From assembly GCF_016432865.1 (NCBI RefSeq), contig NC_067398.1:229586001-229650000 (forward strand): DNA of 64,000 bases, written 5' to 3'. Positions 1 through 11,385 of the stretch are shown piece by piece. Made by a program: the position numbers and the translations under genes. Position 1 is the first letter of the stretch. The number at the start of each line of letters is the position of its first letter. Below the pieces are notes generated by a model. That model was not told where the DNA came from, did not search any database, and saw only the letters and a list, made by a program, of their open reading frames with translations. This DNA comes from Antechinus flavipes (lineage: Eukaryota).

Positions 1-722
1 GAAGAAGAATCAGTTGGCTAAATGACACACATGATCTGGAAAGAATAGTTTTGATTTATAATGATCTTACATGAAGAAAGAAAAGGGAAAGCAAAAGAGA
101 CAGCTAAAGAGAAACTTGCTATTTTGTATCACCTCTGAGTAACAGTAGAAAACTATACAAATGGGGAGGAGGGAGGAAGGAAAGTATCACCTGAATTTCA
201 CTTTCATTGGAACTAGTCAGAGGAATGTAGAAGATACATGCATATATGTAAATGTAAAAATTTTTTTTAAAGAATTACATTCAAATCAATAGGGTAACAA
301 GAAAGAACAGGGAGGGGGGAGGAAGAATTGATTAAGGGAAGGATTAGTTATAACCAAAATGAATTTCAGTGTGAAAGGCTTTATATGAAGAAAGGTTAAA
401 ACAAAAGGGGTAAGAAGGTGTAAGTGGGATCAGTTCAAGTGGGCGAGATAAAGGAGAAAAGGAGATATAAATAGTATCAAGCATAAGACTATTAATGCTG
501 AGTACCTTCTCTCTTTTACTTCCACCTGCCTACGATGGGTGCCACAAATAGAAGAAAAATAGGAGAATACTATAAATATTATAAAATTCATTTTATAATA
601 AATATTCATAAAGATTAATGACCACAGCTGTGAATGAGATAAATTCATCTATAAAAAGGAAGCAAATAGCAAAATAGATTAGAAGGCAGAATCCAACAAT
701 ATATAGTTTGCAAGAAACATTT
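1..722 (+). mobile_element. Old L1 fragment: inter-ORF region and start of the ORF2 endonuclease
   Basis: 639-720 (aattcatctataaaaagg...cagaatccaacaatatatagtttgcaagaaacat) decodes to a decayed NSPIKRK..I..QNPTIC.LQETH, the L1 ORF2 N-terminus. Confidence 0.7.
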
Positions 723-1334
723 CAGAGGACTAAATGGTGGGGAAACAAGAAAAAGTATCATTCTACTCCATAACTTTTCTATACAGAAAAAAAATATATA
801 CCAGACTGAGCCCTGATTGGGAAACCTCTTAAGAAAAAAAAAAAATTAAAGTCATTTTTCCAGTGGTACACAGAGACAGAGTGCTCATGGACACCACAGA
901 AAGAGTCTGGCCAACAAGGGCTTTGCAGAGCATTCCAGTTCAAGGAGAGACAACTCTATCAATGATTGCCAGCACCTTCCAAGAACTGAGAAGTTAAAAG
1001 TGATTAGCCCAGGATCATACATGTCATGATGGGGGTTGCACTTAAAAAGATTAAAATTATCTGACTAGCTGGCTCAGATCTACTATTTTTTGCACTATTC
1101 CAGGATCTCAGGGATAGCTCAGACTGAGAATCTACAAGCTTGCGATGCTCCCAAATACTTCTGATCCAGAGCAGAGATGGATAGCTACCTTCTTGCTCCG
1201 AGCTTCATAAGTTCCTGACATACTTGTTATGCACTTTCTATCTAATACTTTTAATTTAATATAACATGAAAAACAATTTATTGGAAGAGAAGCTAGATTT
1301 TCTTTTACCCAAATAATTTTATGTAACCAACAGA

Positions 1335-1570
1335 TGCAACTAGATGTCACAGTAAATAGAGTACTGGGCCTAGAATCAGGAAGACTGATCTCCTGGAGTT
1401 CAGATATTTACTAAGTATGTGACTCCAGTCATTTCACCCTGCTTTTGCTCAGTTTCCTCATTGAATTAGACAAGGAAATGGCAAACCACTCTAGTATCTT
1501 TGCCAAGAAAACCCCAAATAGGATCACAATGAGTTGGATATGACAGGAAAACTACTGAAAAATAACAACT
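1335..1570 (+). mobile_element. MIR/Mar1-type CORE SINE
   Basis: tRNA-like head with a B-box-like ggagttcaga, the CORE segment (ctcagtttcctcat), and an RTE-type tail gaaatggcaaaccactctagtatctttgccaagaaaacccc. Confidence 0.8.
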
Positions 1571-2309
1571 ACTAATAAACAAAATGGTCTTGCATTTCTC
1601 ACATTTCACACTAATCTAGACTTGTGACTATTCTTTGCAGAAAATCTTCTGTGAAAAATTATCTAAAACCTCTTTCCCCGGCATATTTTCACCCAGAATA
1701 TCCTTAACAGAACATCCTTTTAGAATATTCTCATAAAGACTTAATGGTGTTGAGAAAAAAAGGTTATGTGTTTGTGTATAGCTGTTGACATCACTAGCTT
1801 TATTTGCTAATGATACAGTACATCAATTCCTCCATTATTCTGATACCAGCCTCTCTGAGATATTTTCAACGGGGCATATACTTATCTTCAGGTACTGAGA
1901 TGTCAGAATCCAAATGTGATGGCAGGAGGTAGCTTATCAGTAAAGAAGATAAGCTGTTCTCATTTTGCATCTATTTACTGCCTTCCTTCCAAATAAATCC
2001 ACAAAGTCCTTGAAATGATATGACTTGTTTATGTTTTCTACCTTTCATTGTTTTGTGAGGTGGTACTGCTTATAGTCATCCTCCACTTTATTCACTAACT
2101 TTGCTTGTTCACTAAACCAGTGCTCCTCTCAGCTATCATGTGCAAAGGCATTTTAACTGACAAAATAATGAAGTGTTTGCTGATTTGAGAAAGTTTCCGT
2201 GCTATTTTGGCCTTGTAGTTGTAGTGTGACAAATTCACATCATAACCTACTCTAAAAAAATGTTGAAAATTAAAATCCTAATTTCCCATTTTTTAAAGAG
2301 TCAATAGCT

Positions 2310-3168
2310 TAAGATGACAGGAAAAAATAATGATGAATGTTCGAGGGGATGCGGGAAAACTGGGACACTGATGCATTGTTGGTGGAGTTGTGAACGAATC
2401 TAACCATTCTGGAGAGCAATTTGGAATTATGCCCAAAAAGTTATCAAACTGTGCATACCTTTTGATCCAGCAGTGTTTCTACTGGGCTTATACCTCAAAG
2501 AGATATTAAAAAAGGGAAAGGGACCTGTATGTGCCAAAATGTTTGTGGCAGCCCTGTTTGTAGTGGCTAGAAACTGGAAATTGAATGGATGCCCATCAAT
2601 TGGAGAATGGTTAGGTAAATTATGGTATATGAATATTATGGAATATTATTGTTCTGTAAGAAATGACCAGCAGGATGAATACAGAGAAGCTTGGAGAGAC
2701 TTACATGAACTGATGCTAAGTGAAATGAGCAGAACCAGGAGATCATTATATACTTCAACAATGATATTGTATGAGGATGTATTCTGATCGAAGTGAATCT
2801 CTTTGACAAAGAGACCTAACTGAGTTTCAATTGATAAATGATGGACAGAAGCAGCTACACCCAAAGAAAGAACACTGGGAAACGAATGTGAACTATCTGC
2901 ATTTTTGTTTTTCTTCCTGGGTTATTTTTACCTTCTGAATACAATTCTCCCTGTGCAACAAGAGAACTGTTCGGTTCTGCAAACATATATTGTACCTAGG
3001 ATATACTGCAACATATCTAACATATATAGGACTGCTTGCCATCTAGGGGAGGGTATGAAGGGAGACAGGGGAAAAATCGGAACAGAAGCGAGTGCAAGAG
3101 ATAATGTTGTAAAAAAAATTACCCTGGCATGGGTTCTGTCAATAAAAAGTTATTATAAAAAAAAAAAA
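2310..3168 (+). mobile_element. Young 5'-truncated L1 (ORF2 C-terminus, 3' UTR, polyA) with TSD
   Basis: ORF 2473-2787 (KGPVCAKMFVAALFVVARNWKLNGCPSIGEWL) is the L1 ORF2 C-terminus. AATAAA at 3141 is followed by an A-tail. Flanking repeats aagagtcaatagctt (2296-2310) and aagaatcaatagctt (3167-3181) differ by one base. Confidence 0.93.
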
Positions 3169-3436
3169 GAATCAATAGCTTGTTAAAATAACATGGATTG
3201 GGAACTACTGCACATTGTCTTCCCATCTTCCGCTTAATTATAATTTGGTATCGACTTTTATCTTTTCTCTTGCCTGACTGCATACAGCAAGCCAATTAGA
3301 AAGTGAATTCCAACTTCAATAATCAATTTTTTTTAATATTAGATATAGTCAATTTCATCACTGTGATATTCTTTTGACTTTCTTATGGTTCTACATAAGG
3401 CTTTTCAGTAGTCCATAAGCCTTTGTCTTCATCTTT

Positions 3437-3439
<3 letters not shown>

Positions 3440-3470
<31 letters not shown>
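3440..3470. repeat. (TG)15 microsatellite
   Basis: Read directly from the sequence. Confidence 0.97.
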
Positions 3471-3472
<2 letters not shown>

Positions 3473-4514
3473 CCTCTCCTCCCCCCACTAAATTTTAAAT
3501 CTGATTACATGACTTCCTATTTAGAGTGTTAACAAATATTAATTTTGTTTCCATGCTTTTCCATGCTTGAAATGTTCTCCTTCATTTCCACTTCAAGGAA
3601 TTCCTTTCTTTCATCAAGACACAACTCAAATGCTATTTTCTCTAAGAGGTCTTTCTTGGTCTCCCTGGTTACTAAAAGTTACTATTTATTATGTTTATAC
3701 CTATTTATTTACATGCTACCTTCCTCATTAGAATGTAAGTTCGCTGAAGGGAGTTTTTCATTTTTTCTTTTGTACCCTTGTATTTAGCACAATGCCCAAC
3801 AAATACTAAATATAAAAAATGATTATGTGCTGACTAAATTTAGAATCGTTCATTTTATAATTAAAATCATATTTCATTACTGAGTATGAAGTTAGATATT
3901 AACTTGGTTTAGAAGACTTATTCTTCACAGAATTTCTATACTCCTTTAGCTCTTCAACAGATTATGTACAATCTGCATCTATTGTTTTGTTTATATCCAC
4001 CATAAACTAGGACTATCTTGTTTATATTCACTATAAAATGAGAGGATTAAGTATCCCAAGAAATGAGGTTTTTTGTGAAATAAAAAAAATCAATTATTTT
4101 TTCTATATGATTCTCTGTAGAGGACCTGTCAACTTAAATTCAACTTTTTTATATCGCTAGTTTTCATGGATAAATGTCAATACTGACATGGTTTAAATTC
4201 TCCAGTAGTTGTATGATTGTAATCGGACAAACATATTAATCACACCAATCATCAACATCAGGTCCTTAAAACATCAGTAATTAAATTATTATTTACAGAT
4301 GGTCCAAAAAAATGCAAACTTCATTATCCTTTTCCCTCTTTTAGACTCCTGTCTCCTCATCAGTAATGAAGATGATTTTTTAAAATTGTTTTTTGTTTCA
4401 TGAGCTGCCAGGGTGAAAGAATTGATCACCTAATAGGCAAATTTCCTAGGATTAGCCTGTCCTTTTGGTGACATGAAAATGGAGGAAAATCCTAGTTATA
4501 AAATGCAACCATGA

Positions 4515-4710
4515 CTTGTCAAAGTGGCATGTGCCTGTGATCCCTGGTGTTGGGAGAGGCTGAGGTTGGAGGATCTATTGTCTAAATTGTAGTAACAATT
4601 TAGTTATTGAATGTCTGAGTAAAGTACAGTATGGTGAGCCCCTGAAACCCACCAGGGTATATAAGGATGGGAAAAATGGAGCAAGTTAAAAAGTTTCTAT
4701 GCTATAATAA
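4515..4710 (+). pseudogene. Degenerate 7SL (SRP) RNA-derived copy
   Basis: gtggcatgtgcctgtgatccc...gaggctgaggttggaggatc matches the 7SL Alu domain. atggtgagcccc...ccaccagg...aaggatggg...atggagcaagttaaaa matches the 7SL S domain (ATGGTGACCTCC, CCACCAGG, AAACGGAGCAGGTCAAAA). Confidence 0.8.
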
Positions 4711-6099
4711 TAATTCATTATTGTCCTCCTGGCCCAGGAGAAATGGCAGACCCAGTCTCAAAAAATAAATGTGTAATTTGGGAAAAGAGGATTTCTTCAA
4801 CTTTGCCAAATGAGAGGAACTTTTGTAAGGCAGAGATTGGGACTTTCAGGAGATGAAGCAGAAAATAAGTTAGGACTTGGGGAAATCTGCAGAACAGAAA
4901 GCCCAGGGTTGTAAACACGAAGAGGGGTGGGCCATCCTTGAGTGACAGAATCACTTTGACCATCTCTGCCTGCTCTGTCCTGCCCATTACATATATAGGG
5001 CAAATTGGAGATCCCCAGAAACGTTGAAGAGTTCATCCTGGCTATGAGTCTGGAAGCATCCTATTCCCATCTAAAAAAAATTCTAATTTATCTCCCTTCT
5101 CACAGACCAATTCTGCCTAATCTGAGATGAGAAAAAAAAAAAAATAGGTCAAAGAGGCTATACAATGGGCACTGCTCTGGGATCCAGGTAGAGTTTGGGG
5201 ACCTCTGCTAAGTGCATCACAGCAATTGTCAAGGTACAAAGGGCAGAGGGAACCCTGAGGTGCTGGGCTTGGGACTGAAAGAAACCTCATTCTCCTGAAG
5301 AAGCAGGAAGTGGCATCATGGTGGCAGGGGTGAAGGGATAATGTCACACTGCTGTGGGGGGAGAGCTGGATGGCACAGAAACCTTGTTTGAGAGGAGTGA
5401 CTCACAGCCCTTGGGTAAGCACCTCACCCTACATTTGGATGCCAAACACAATGTTCTTCAGAATATCTAGGCCAATTCCACTCAGAATAGGCAAGTCTAA
5501 AAGACTGCGCTGAGAATAGTTTTAATGGGCTCCTTCCTTCCACCTAGAGGACAGAGGGATTTCCACTATGACCACGTCCCATAACAACTGGGTGGCAAGG
5601 TGAGAGAGGGCAAGGAGAAATCAGGAAAACTTGTTTGCCCAGTGTGGTCATTAGGAAAGATATTAGATTTGGTGACAAGTAACCACCCGGGTTCAAATCC
5701 TGGCTTTGCCACTAACTACTTGTATCTTCAGGAACAAGTCACTATTTCTTCAGACTTCAGTTTCCCAAGCTGAAAATTTTGAGATTTGGACTAGATGGCC
5801 TCTAAGAATCTCATTTCCAACTCTAAATCTATGCTTCATGATACTATGATCCTAAGATTAGGGTCCTCAATAATTTCCTCATGAGGAGCTGCTTCTGATT
5901 TTTATAAGTTTTATTCACAGCTGAGTAAAAAAAAATTAAAGGGGAATGGCAGAGGGGAATTTTTATAATATAGAGGACCATTGTGGCATCAGATGACTTG
6001 GAGATTAAAAAGGTGAGAACTAAAACTGAACGGTAGATATAGAATATTTACAGGAGTCAGGGAAAAAAACAGCATTGCATGTTGAGACATACTCATATG

Positions 6100-6385
6100 A
6101 AGAAATCTAGTTAAGTACCAATCAACAATTGTGTGCCAGCCACTGTGCTGGCTATTAGAGATACAGAAATCTATGTGCTGGGTACTAAAGATTAAAATAC
6201 ACAAAGAAGATAGTTCTCATCTTCAATAAGCTTACATTTTTTCAAGACAAACATCTAAAATGCATACATAAATAAGTATAAGGTAATTTTGGAGAGAAAG
6301 GTACTAGCTGTGGTATTTGGAAAGGCTTTGGGTAGAAAGCTGAGCTTTGAAGAAAACTAACTTATATTTGGAGCCTTCACATTCT
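6100..6385 (-). mobile_element. L2 3' end fragment
   Basis: ttaagtacc...tgtgccagccactgtgctggctattagagatacag is the reverse complement of the L2 terminal motif. Confidence 0.6.
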
Positions 6386-7059
6386 CTAAAGCTGCTGTTT
6401 CAAACCTTCTTTTTTCTAAAGCCACCAATTCCTACTTTTACTGTTCCCTCTCAGGAGAGGACCTTGACTCAGTTTACTGAGGGAGCAGAGAGAAGGTTGT
6501 TTTCTACAAACTTTCCTTTTCAGTTCCATTTTCAAATTATTTTGGTACACTTCCTAATCCAATGCACCTTTGTTCTAGAATTATAGAATTCAATATCAGC
6601 CATCTATACAACTTTATTTTTTATTATTAGGATATCTGAACCAATCTATTTTCTTTGGGTACAAATATAATGACACTATTGGAAACATCATTTTGACACA
6701 TTTCTCTTATTTCAAGTACTGTTCTAGGGGATTTTGACCCTAAATTCTTGTATATCTCAAATGGTATCAGTAAGTTTTGTTTGCTATGCCTATGTCATAA
6801 GAAACCAAACTATTTCTTCAACACTAGCTTCATACCCCCATCGATCATAAGCAGTTATCATGTTATTCTTCCAATTCTTGGCTAAGTCTTTTCTTCTCCA
6901 AAATATAATCATTTCTGAAGTCTAAGAATAGAGGAAAGGTTCAAGAGAATTATATAATATTTCCAGATCTCTTTGTCAGGTTGTAAACTCCTACAGGGAA
7001 AATACCCCTATCCTTTTCTCCCTCCTCCGCATCCTCTACTTTAAGTGTCTGCTTCTTGT

Positions 7060-7700
7060 AGAAATGGGCCAGAAGATATGAAAAAGAATCTTCCAAAAGA
7101 GATGTAAATTGAAGAAATATCAACAAAAATTTGAATGCTCAGAGCAAGGCAAAATAATTTAACTCTGAAAAACCACTTTATACCAACCAAACTGCCAAAC
7201 TCAGCAAAAACCAAAGTTGAAAGGGCTGCTGGAAGACAAAAATGTTAATTCAATCCTAATGAAGCTATAAATGGGTCCAAATGCTCTGGAAAACAATTTA
7301 TAATTATTTAAGAGAAGTTACTAAATTATTTATACTCTCTAATTCCAGGAGCCCACTACTATAAGTCTAAGAGTCATTTACATCCCAAGAAGATCAATGA
7401 CAGAAATGTAAAACTCATGTATACCAAAATATTCTCAGTAACAATGTTGTAATAAGAGAAAGTACAAAGAAATTATGTGTCTTGGGAATGGATAAAAAAA
7501 TTATGATTTACAAATATAATTATGAAATAGCAAATATGAAATATATAAATTCAGAAAAACATGGAAAGATTTGTATTGCCTGATAAAGCAGGGTCAAAAG
7601 AACAATAAATAGAGGGGCCTCTACTGACTACAAGAATATAAATGATAATAACACTGAAGGCAGCCAAACTCAGGTCAAATGAAAAGAACAAAGTTCAGAA
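7060..7700 (+). mobile_element. Old L1 ORF2 C-terminal/3' fragment
   Basis: Decayed QIKTTLRFHL and ggaaaacaattt..aatta motifs in the same order as the young L1 at 2310. Confidence 0.6.
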
Positions 7701-9339
7701 TTATTAAAGGGCAGACAAAATAAAATCCTATCGGTCTTTTCTTCCAAGATTTATTCTTATTGTTTTTGACAAGCTCCCTTCTTCTCCTTCACTCGCAGAT
7801 ATTCCATGGCTTTTTTCCCTTAGTGGTGTCCAAAACAGGGACAAATTGACGTCATTGATGCAGGTGTCTTGTCCAACCTTATAAAGCTTGTGTTGTTGAT
7901 TCCGGACATTAATAGTAGCTGTCTGATCTGAAAACCAGGAGCCATGAGTAAAAAGTATTAACGGTAAACTACAGCAAGGTTCAAGCTCCGTTGGCTGGAA
8001 TCTCCATCCAGAGACAAAGCATCTCATCCAAGGCTCAAGTCATATACTTTATAGGAAACTGGACTGCTGTTCAAAGAAAAAGTCCATTCCCAGACTAACT
8101 TCAAGAGGTCTACTAGGACAGGAGTATTTCCCAGAAATGATTAGGTTGGAAGAAGCCTCTACTTTGTGGGCTATTTGACTCATGTCCGTTGCTTTCCAGT
8201 AAAAACAAACCTCTGACAGATTTGTGAAAGAAGTAAATCAGGTTGAGTAGAAATCATTCCACTCTAAACTTATTGCTCTGTCTTCCATTTACAAGCATAG
8301 AAGAGGAGAATCCAAGCTCCTTATGCTACAGATAAGGAAACTGAGGCTAGAGAAGTTAACTGAAGGGTTCAAAGTCACATGTCTAGTAAATGGGACATTT
8401 TTTTGATGAGCTCTTTCCTTAAGGACAAAACCAAAAAAATCAAGGACTTTATGGAATTAACTCCCAGCTTCCTTATAAGGAACTAGCCTTTCCCTTTCCC
8501 CATCTTTACTTAATTTATTTAATATTTTATTTTTCCTAGGCACATATAAAACAATTTTTACAACTCTGAGGTTCCAGATTCTCTCTCCCCCCTACATCAT
8601 TGAGAAGGCACATGTGAAGTTATGTAAAACATTTCCATGAAAGTCATGTTTTAAAAAGTTATGTTCCAATCTGTACAGATACAATCTGAGTATGGATAGC
8701 ATTTTTAAAAATTGTTAAGTCGTTCGGAGCGGTCTTGGATCACTATGTTGGTGAGAACAGCAGTTGTTTACAGCTGATCATCCCACAATGTTGCTATTAC
8801 TTTGTACACAGTACATTTCAGTTTGCATGATCTCATGGAGCACTTTCAAGGTTTTTCTGAGATCATCCTGCTCAGCATTTCCTACAGAACAATATTATTC
8901 TATAGAGTGTGGCAAAAATGAAATTGAATGCTTTGCCTTGAAATGTTCATGTTGAAGCAAAGGCCAGGTGATAACATATTTAGTATACGATGGAATGGGT
9001 TCTTTTGGGAGTAGAGCTAGATGAGATGGCTTTAAAAGAAACTTCAAACACTAAAATTCTAAAATTCTGTGATTCCCCGTTTCATCTCAGTTTACAGCAA
9101 ACTTTCCTACATCTGAACTACAGTACTTAATGCTTAAAACAATAATTTATCATTTACTCCTTTATCCTGCAGGCTATGTCTTTTTTTGTTTTTTTGTTAA
9201 GATGAATATTAAAAAAAACCAAAGGCTTTTTAAAGGTCTGCTAGTTCAACTATTAGTGAAGAGGCTGACTAAGCAGCCAAAGAAAATTAATACAACCTTG
9301 ATCTGCATTAAGAAAAAATTTTTTTCCAGAACAAAGCAG

Positions 9340-9740
9340 ATTCTAATTCTTTTATACATAGATTACACATTTAGAATGTTGCATTCACTTATAGGGCCCA
9401 CACTTTAGAAAGGCAGATGGAAAAAGTATGGCCAAGGAGATAGAATTCAAATCTACATGGTACATGGACTAGAAGTCATATCAAAAGTGATGAGAAGACA
9501 TAATGTTAAAAGAAGAGAGAAAAATTCTAACTATATTCAAATATTAACATATGAAAGATAGGCTTGTTTTGTTTGATCCTAAAGAGGAGGTATGAGAATG
9601 TTGTATTTAAGTAGCAACAGAGATTACAGCTTGATATAAATTAAAACTTTCTGACATATTAGAGCTTTCCTAAAGTAGAGTAGGCTGATGGGAAAGATGA
9701 TTAAGTTCCCTATCACTGGAGGTCCTGATTCATTGGCTGG
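9340..9740 (+). mobile_element. L3/CR1 3' fragment
   Basis: gattacacatttagaatgttgcattcactt...cacactttagaaagg resembles RPHLEYCVQFWAPHF. The end resembles the L3 terminus (ccctatcactggaggtc). Confidence 0.65.
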
Positions 9741-10072
9741 ATGACTAGCTGTGGGGTTATTTGTAGAGGAGATTCCATATCTGGGCTGAGCTACTGGTTC
9801 TTTCCAACTCTAAATTTCTGTGGTTCTATTAGGAGTGTGTTCCTAGAATGCAGGAAGCAGGTTTCAAACTTTCCATTTCTCCTGGCACTATCTGCTAAAA
9901 CAATATTCTATCAACATGTTGGATATTCAAGTATTTCTTCAAACAAAGCATTCATAGAATCATGGAATGCTTGGGTTGATAGTGAATGTACAAAACTTCC
10001 CCACCTTCTTCTACACCCAGACAAGACAAGAACTGTGTTCTCAGTGTCAGGTGCTCTGTCCTAAGCTCTTAC

Positions 10073-10218
10073 CTAGATATGTCCCAATGAATCCAAGGGC
10101 ATGGAAGCTGGAGAGCACAAAGACAATCCCGATTCCCAGGATGACCAGGCCTACATAATAGGCTTCTAGGCAATCCAACCCTTCCATCTTCGGCTGCCTC
10201 AACATGGCCTGGGTAAAG
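10073..10218 (-). CDS. PEMT: PEMT internal coding exon (next downstream exon)
   Basis: The reverse complement reads (T)23ag|CTTTACCCAGGCC...ACATATCTAG|gtaaga. It translates (C)[48 protein letters not shown](G), matching PEMT FTQAMLSQPRMES...LSSFFALGFAGTFLG. 146 nt, phase 2 to 1, in frame with the 36280-36395 exon. Confidence 0.97.
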
Positions 10219-11169
10219 CTAAAAAAAAAAAAAAAAAAAAAAAGACAAGAGAAAGACAGAAGATTTAGTTGTGGCCTCTAAGTCAGGGAGATATTACTAC
10301 ATATCTGCCAAGTCCATTAAAGCCATCATAACCACATTCTTGGGCTGATTCTGCATAGCAGGAGAACCTCATGACAATTCATATGAGATTATTAACTATT
10401 CATTCATAACTATTAGATGAAAAATTCAATAAGCACCTACTCTATTCCAGACACTGTGCTAAGTGCTGGCAAATAAAAAGAAGCAAAAAATATCCCATTT
10501 CTTCAAGGAAGAAAAACAGGAAATAAGAAGGGAAAAGCACTGGATAGAGAATGCTTTCTGTGGAAAATGGGACTTGAACTGGGAAGTCAGTTATTCACAA
10601 GGGATCTTAGCAATCACTTAGTACAAAATCTTCATACGAACATAGGTTATTATTTTTGTTAGTAATAATAAGCCACTGTTAGACATTAACACAACAGCTT
10701 TATTTAGCTTATCAGGTTACTCCAAGTGATCAGTGTTAATCTTATTTGAGGGAAAATGGCCCAGGGCCTAAGACTAGGAAATCCTAATAGGAAAGGTGGA
10801 TCAGGGTGCAACTCCACAAACAGCTGAGGTTATGCTAAAGAATGGATACCATATACACATTTATCCTAGCCTACTTCAGTGCAGAATTTAAAAATTTCAT
10901 GCTTAGAAGAAATTTGAATGGTCATTCTAGTCCAATTTCCAACTCATTATATACATCCCTTCTACTCAAATACTTCCAGCAATGAGATATTTTCCATCTT
11001 CCAAAGCAGCGCATTTCATTACTAGACAGTTCTAAGGGTTAGTTCTATTTGTTAATCTTTGTTTTACCCCTGAAACCACTGAGAAGACTAATACCTCTTT
11101 CACAAAATAGATCTTCAAATATTTAAAGTTACATATTTGTTATTTTCTTCTATTCTAAGTATAGTATAG

Positions 11170-11385
11170 GGGCAGATAGGTAGTAGATGCTGGGTCAAAA
11201 ATCAAACATTTCCTAGTTGTGTGACCCTGGGCATAATTTAATCTTGTTTACATTACTTTTCTTATCTGTAAAATGAAGTGAAGAAAACGACAAACCACTC
11301 CAGTATCTTTGCCAAGAAAACCACAAATCAGGTCATGAAGAGTTGGATACTACTCAAAAATGTCTGAACAACAACTACAAAAGCA
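11170..11385 (+). mobile_element. MIR/Mar1-type SINE
   Basis: CORE segment plus the tail aaaccactccagtatctttgccaagaaaacc...gagttggatac. Confidence 0.75.

Noticed and set aside
1625-1745. Loosely repeated gaa(t/c)atc(c/t) motifs, superficially array-like
   Set aside because: Spacing is irregular with no constant repeat or spacer length; it is more likely a decayed low-complexity or transposon remnant. A CRISPR array is not plausible here.
7824-7931. Plus-strand peptide GQIDVIDAGVLSNLIKL resembling an ARM/importin-alpha repeat
   Set aside because: The match is only ~15 residues, the frame is closed on both sides, and no further ARM sequence is present.
8365-8380. Perfect-looking HNF4/DR1 site GGGTTCAAAGTCA
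   Set aside because: It is part of a MIR fragment (variant of cccaaggtcacacagctagt), so it is not independent evidence of an enhancer.
1-10072. Search for the next PEMT exon (GDYFGIL...NPMYWGST)
   Set aside because: Not found on the minus strand in 1-10072. The upstream exon (YVDP...FNPLYWNV) was likewise not found in 36396-64000; both presumably lie outside the window.
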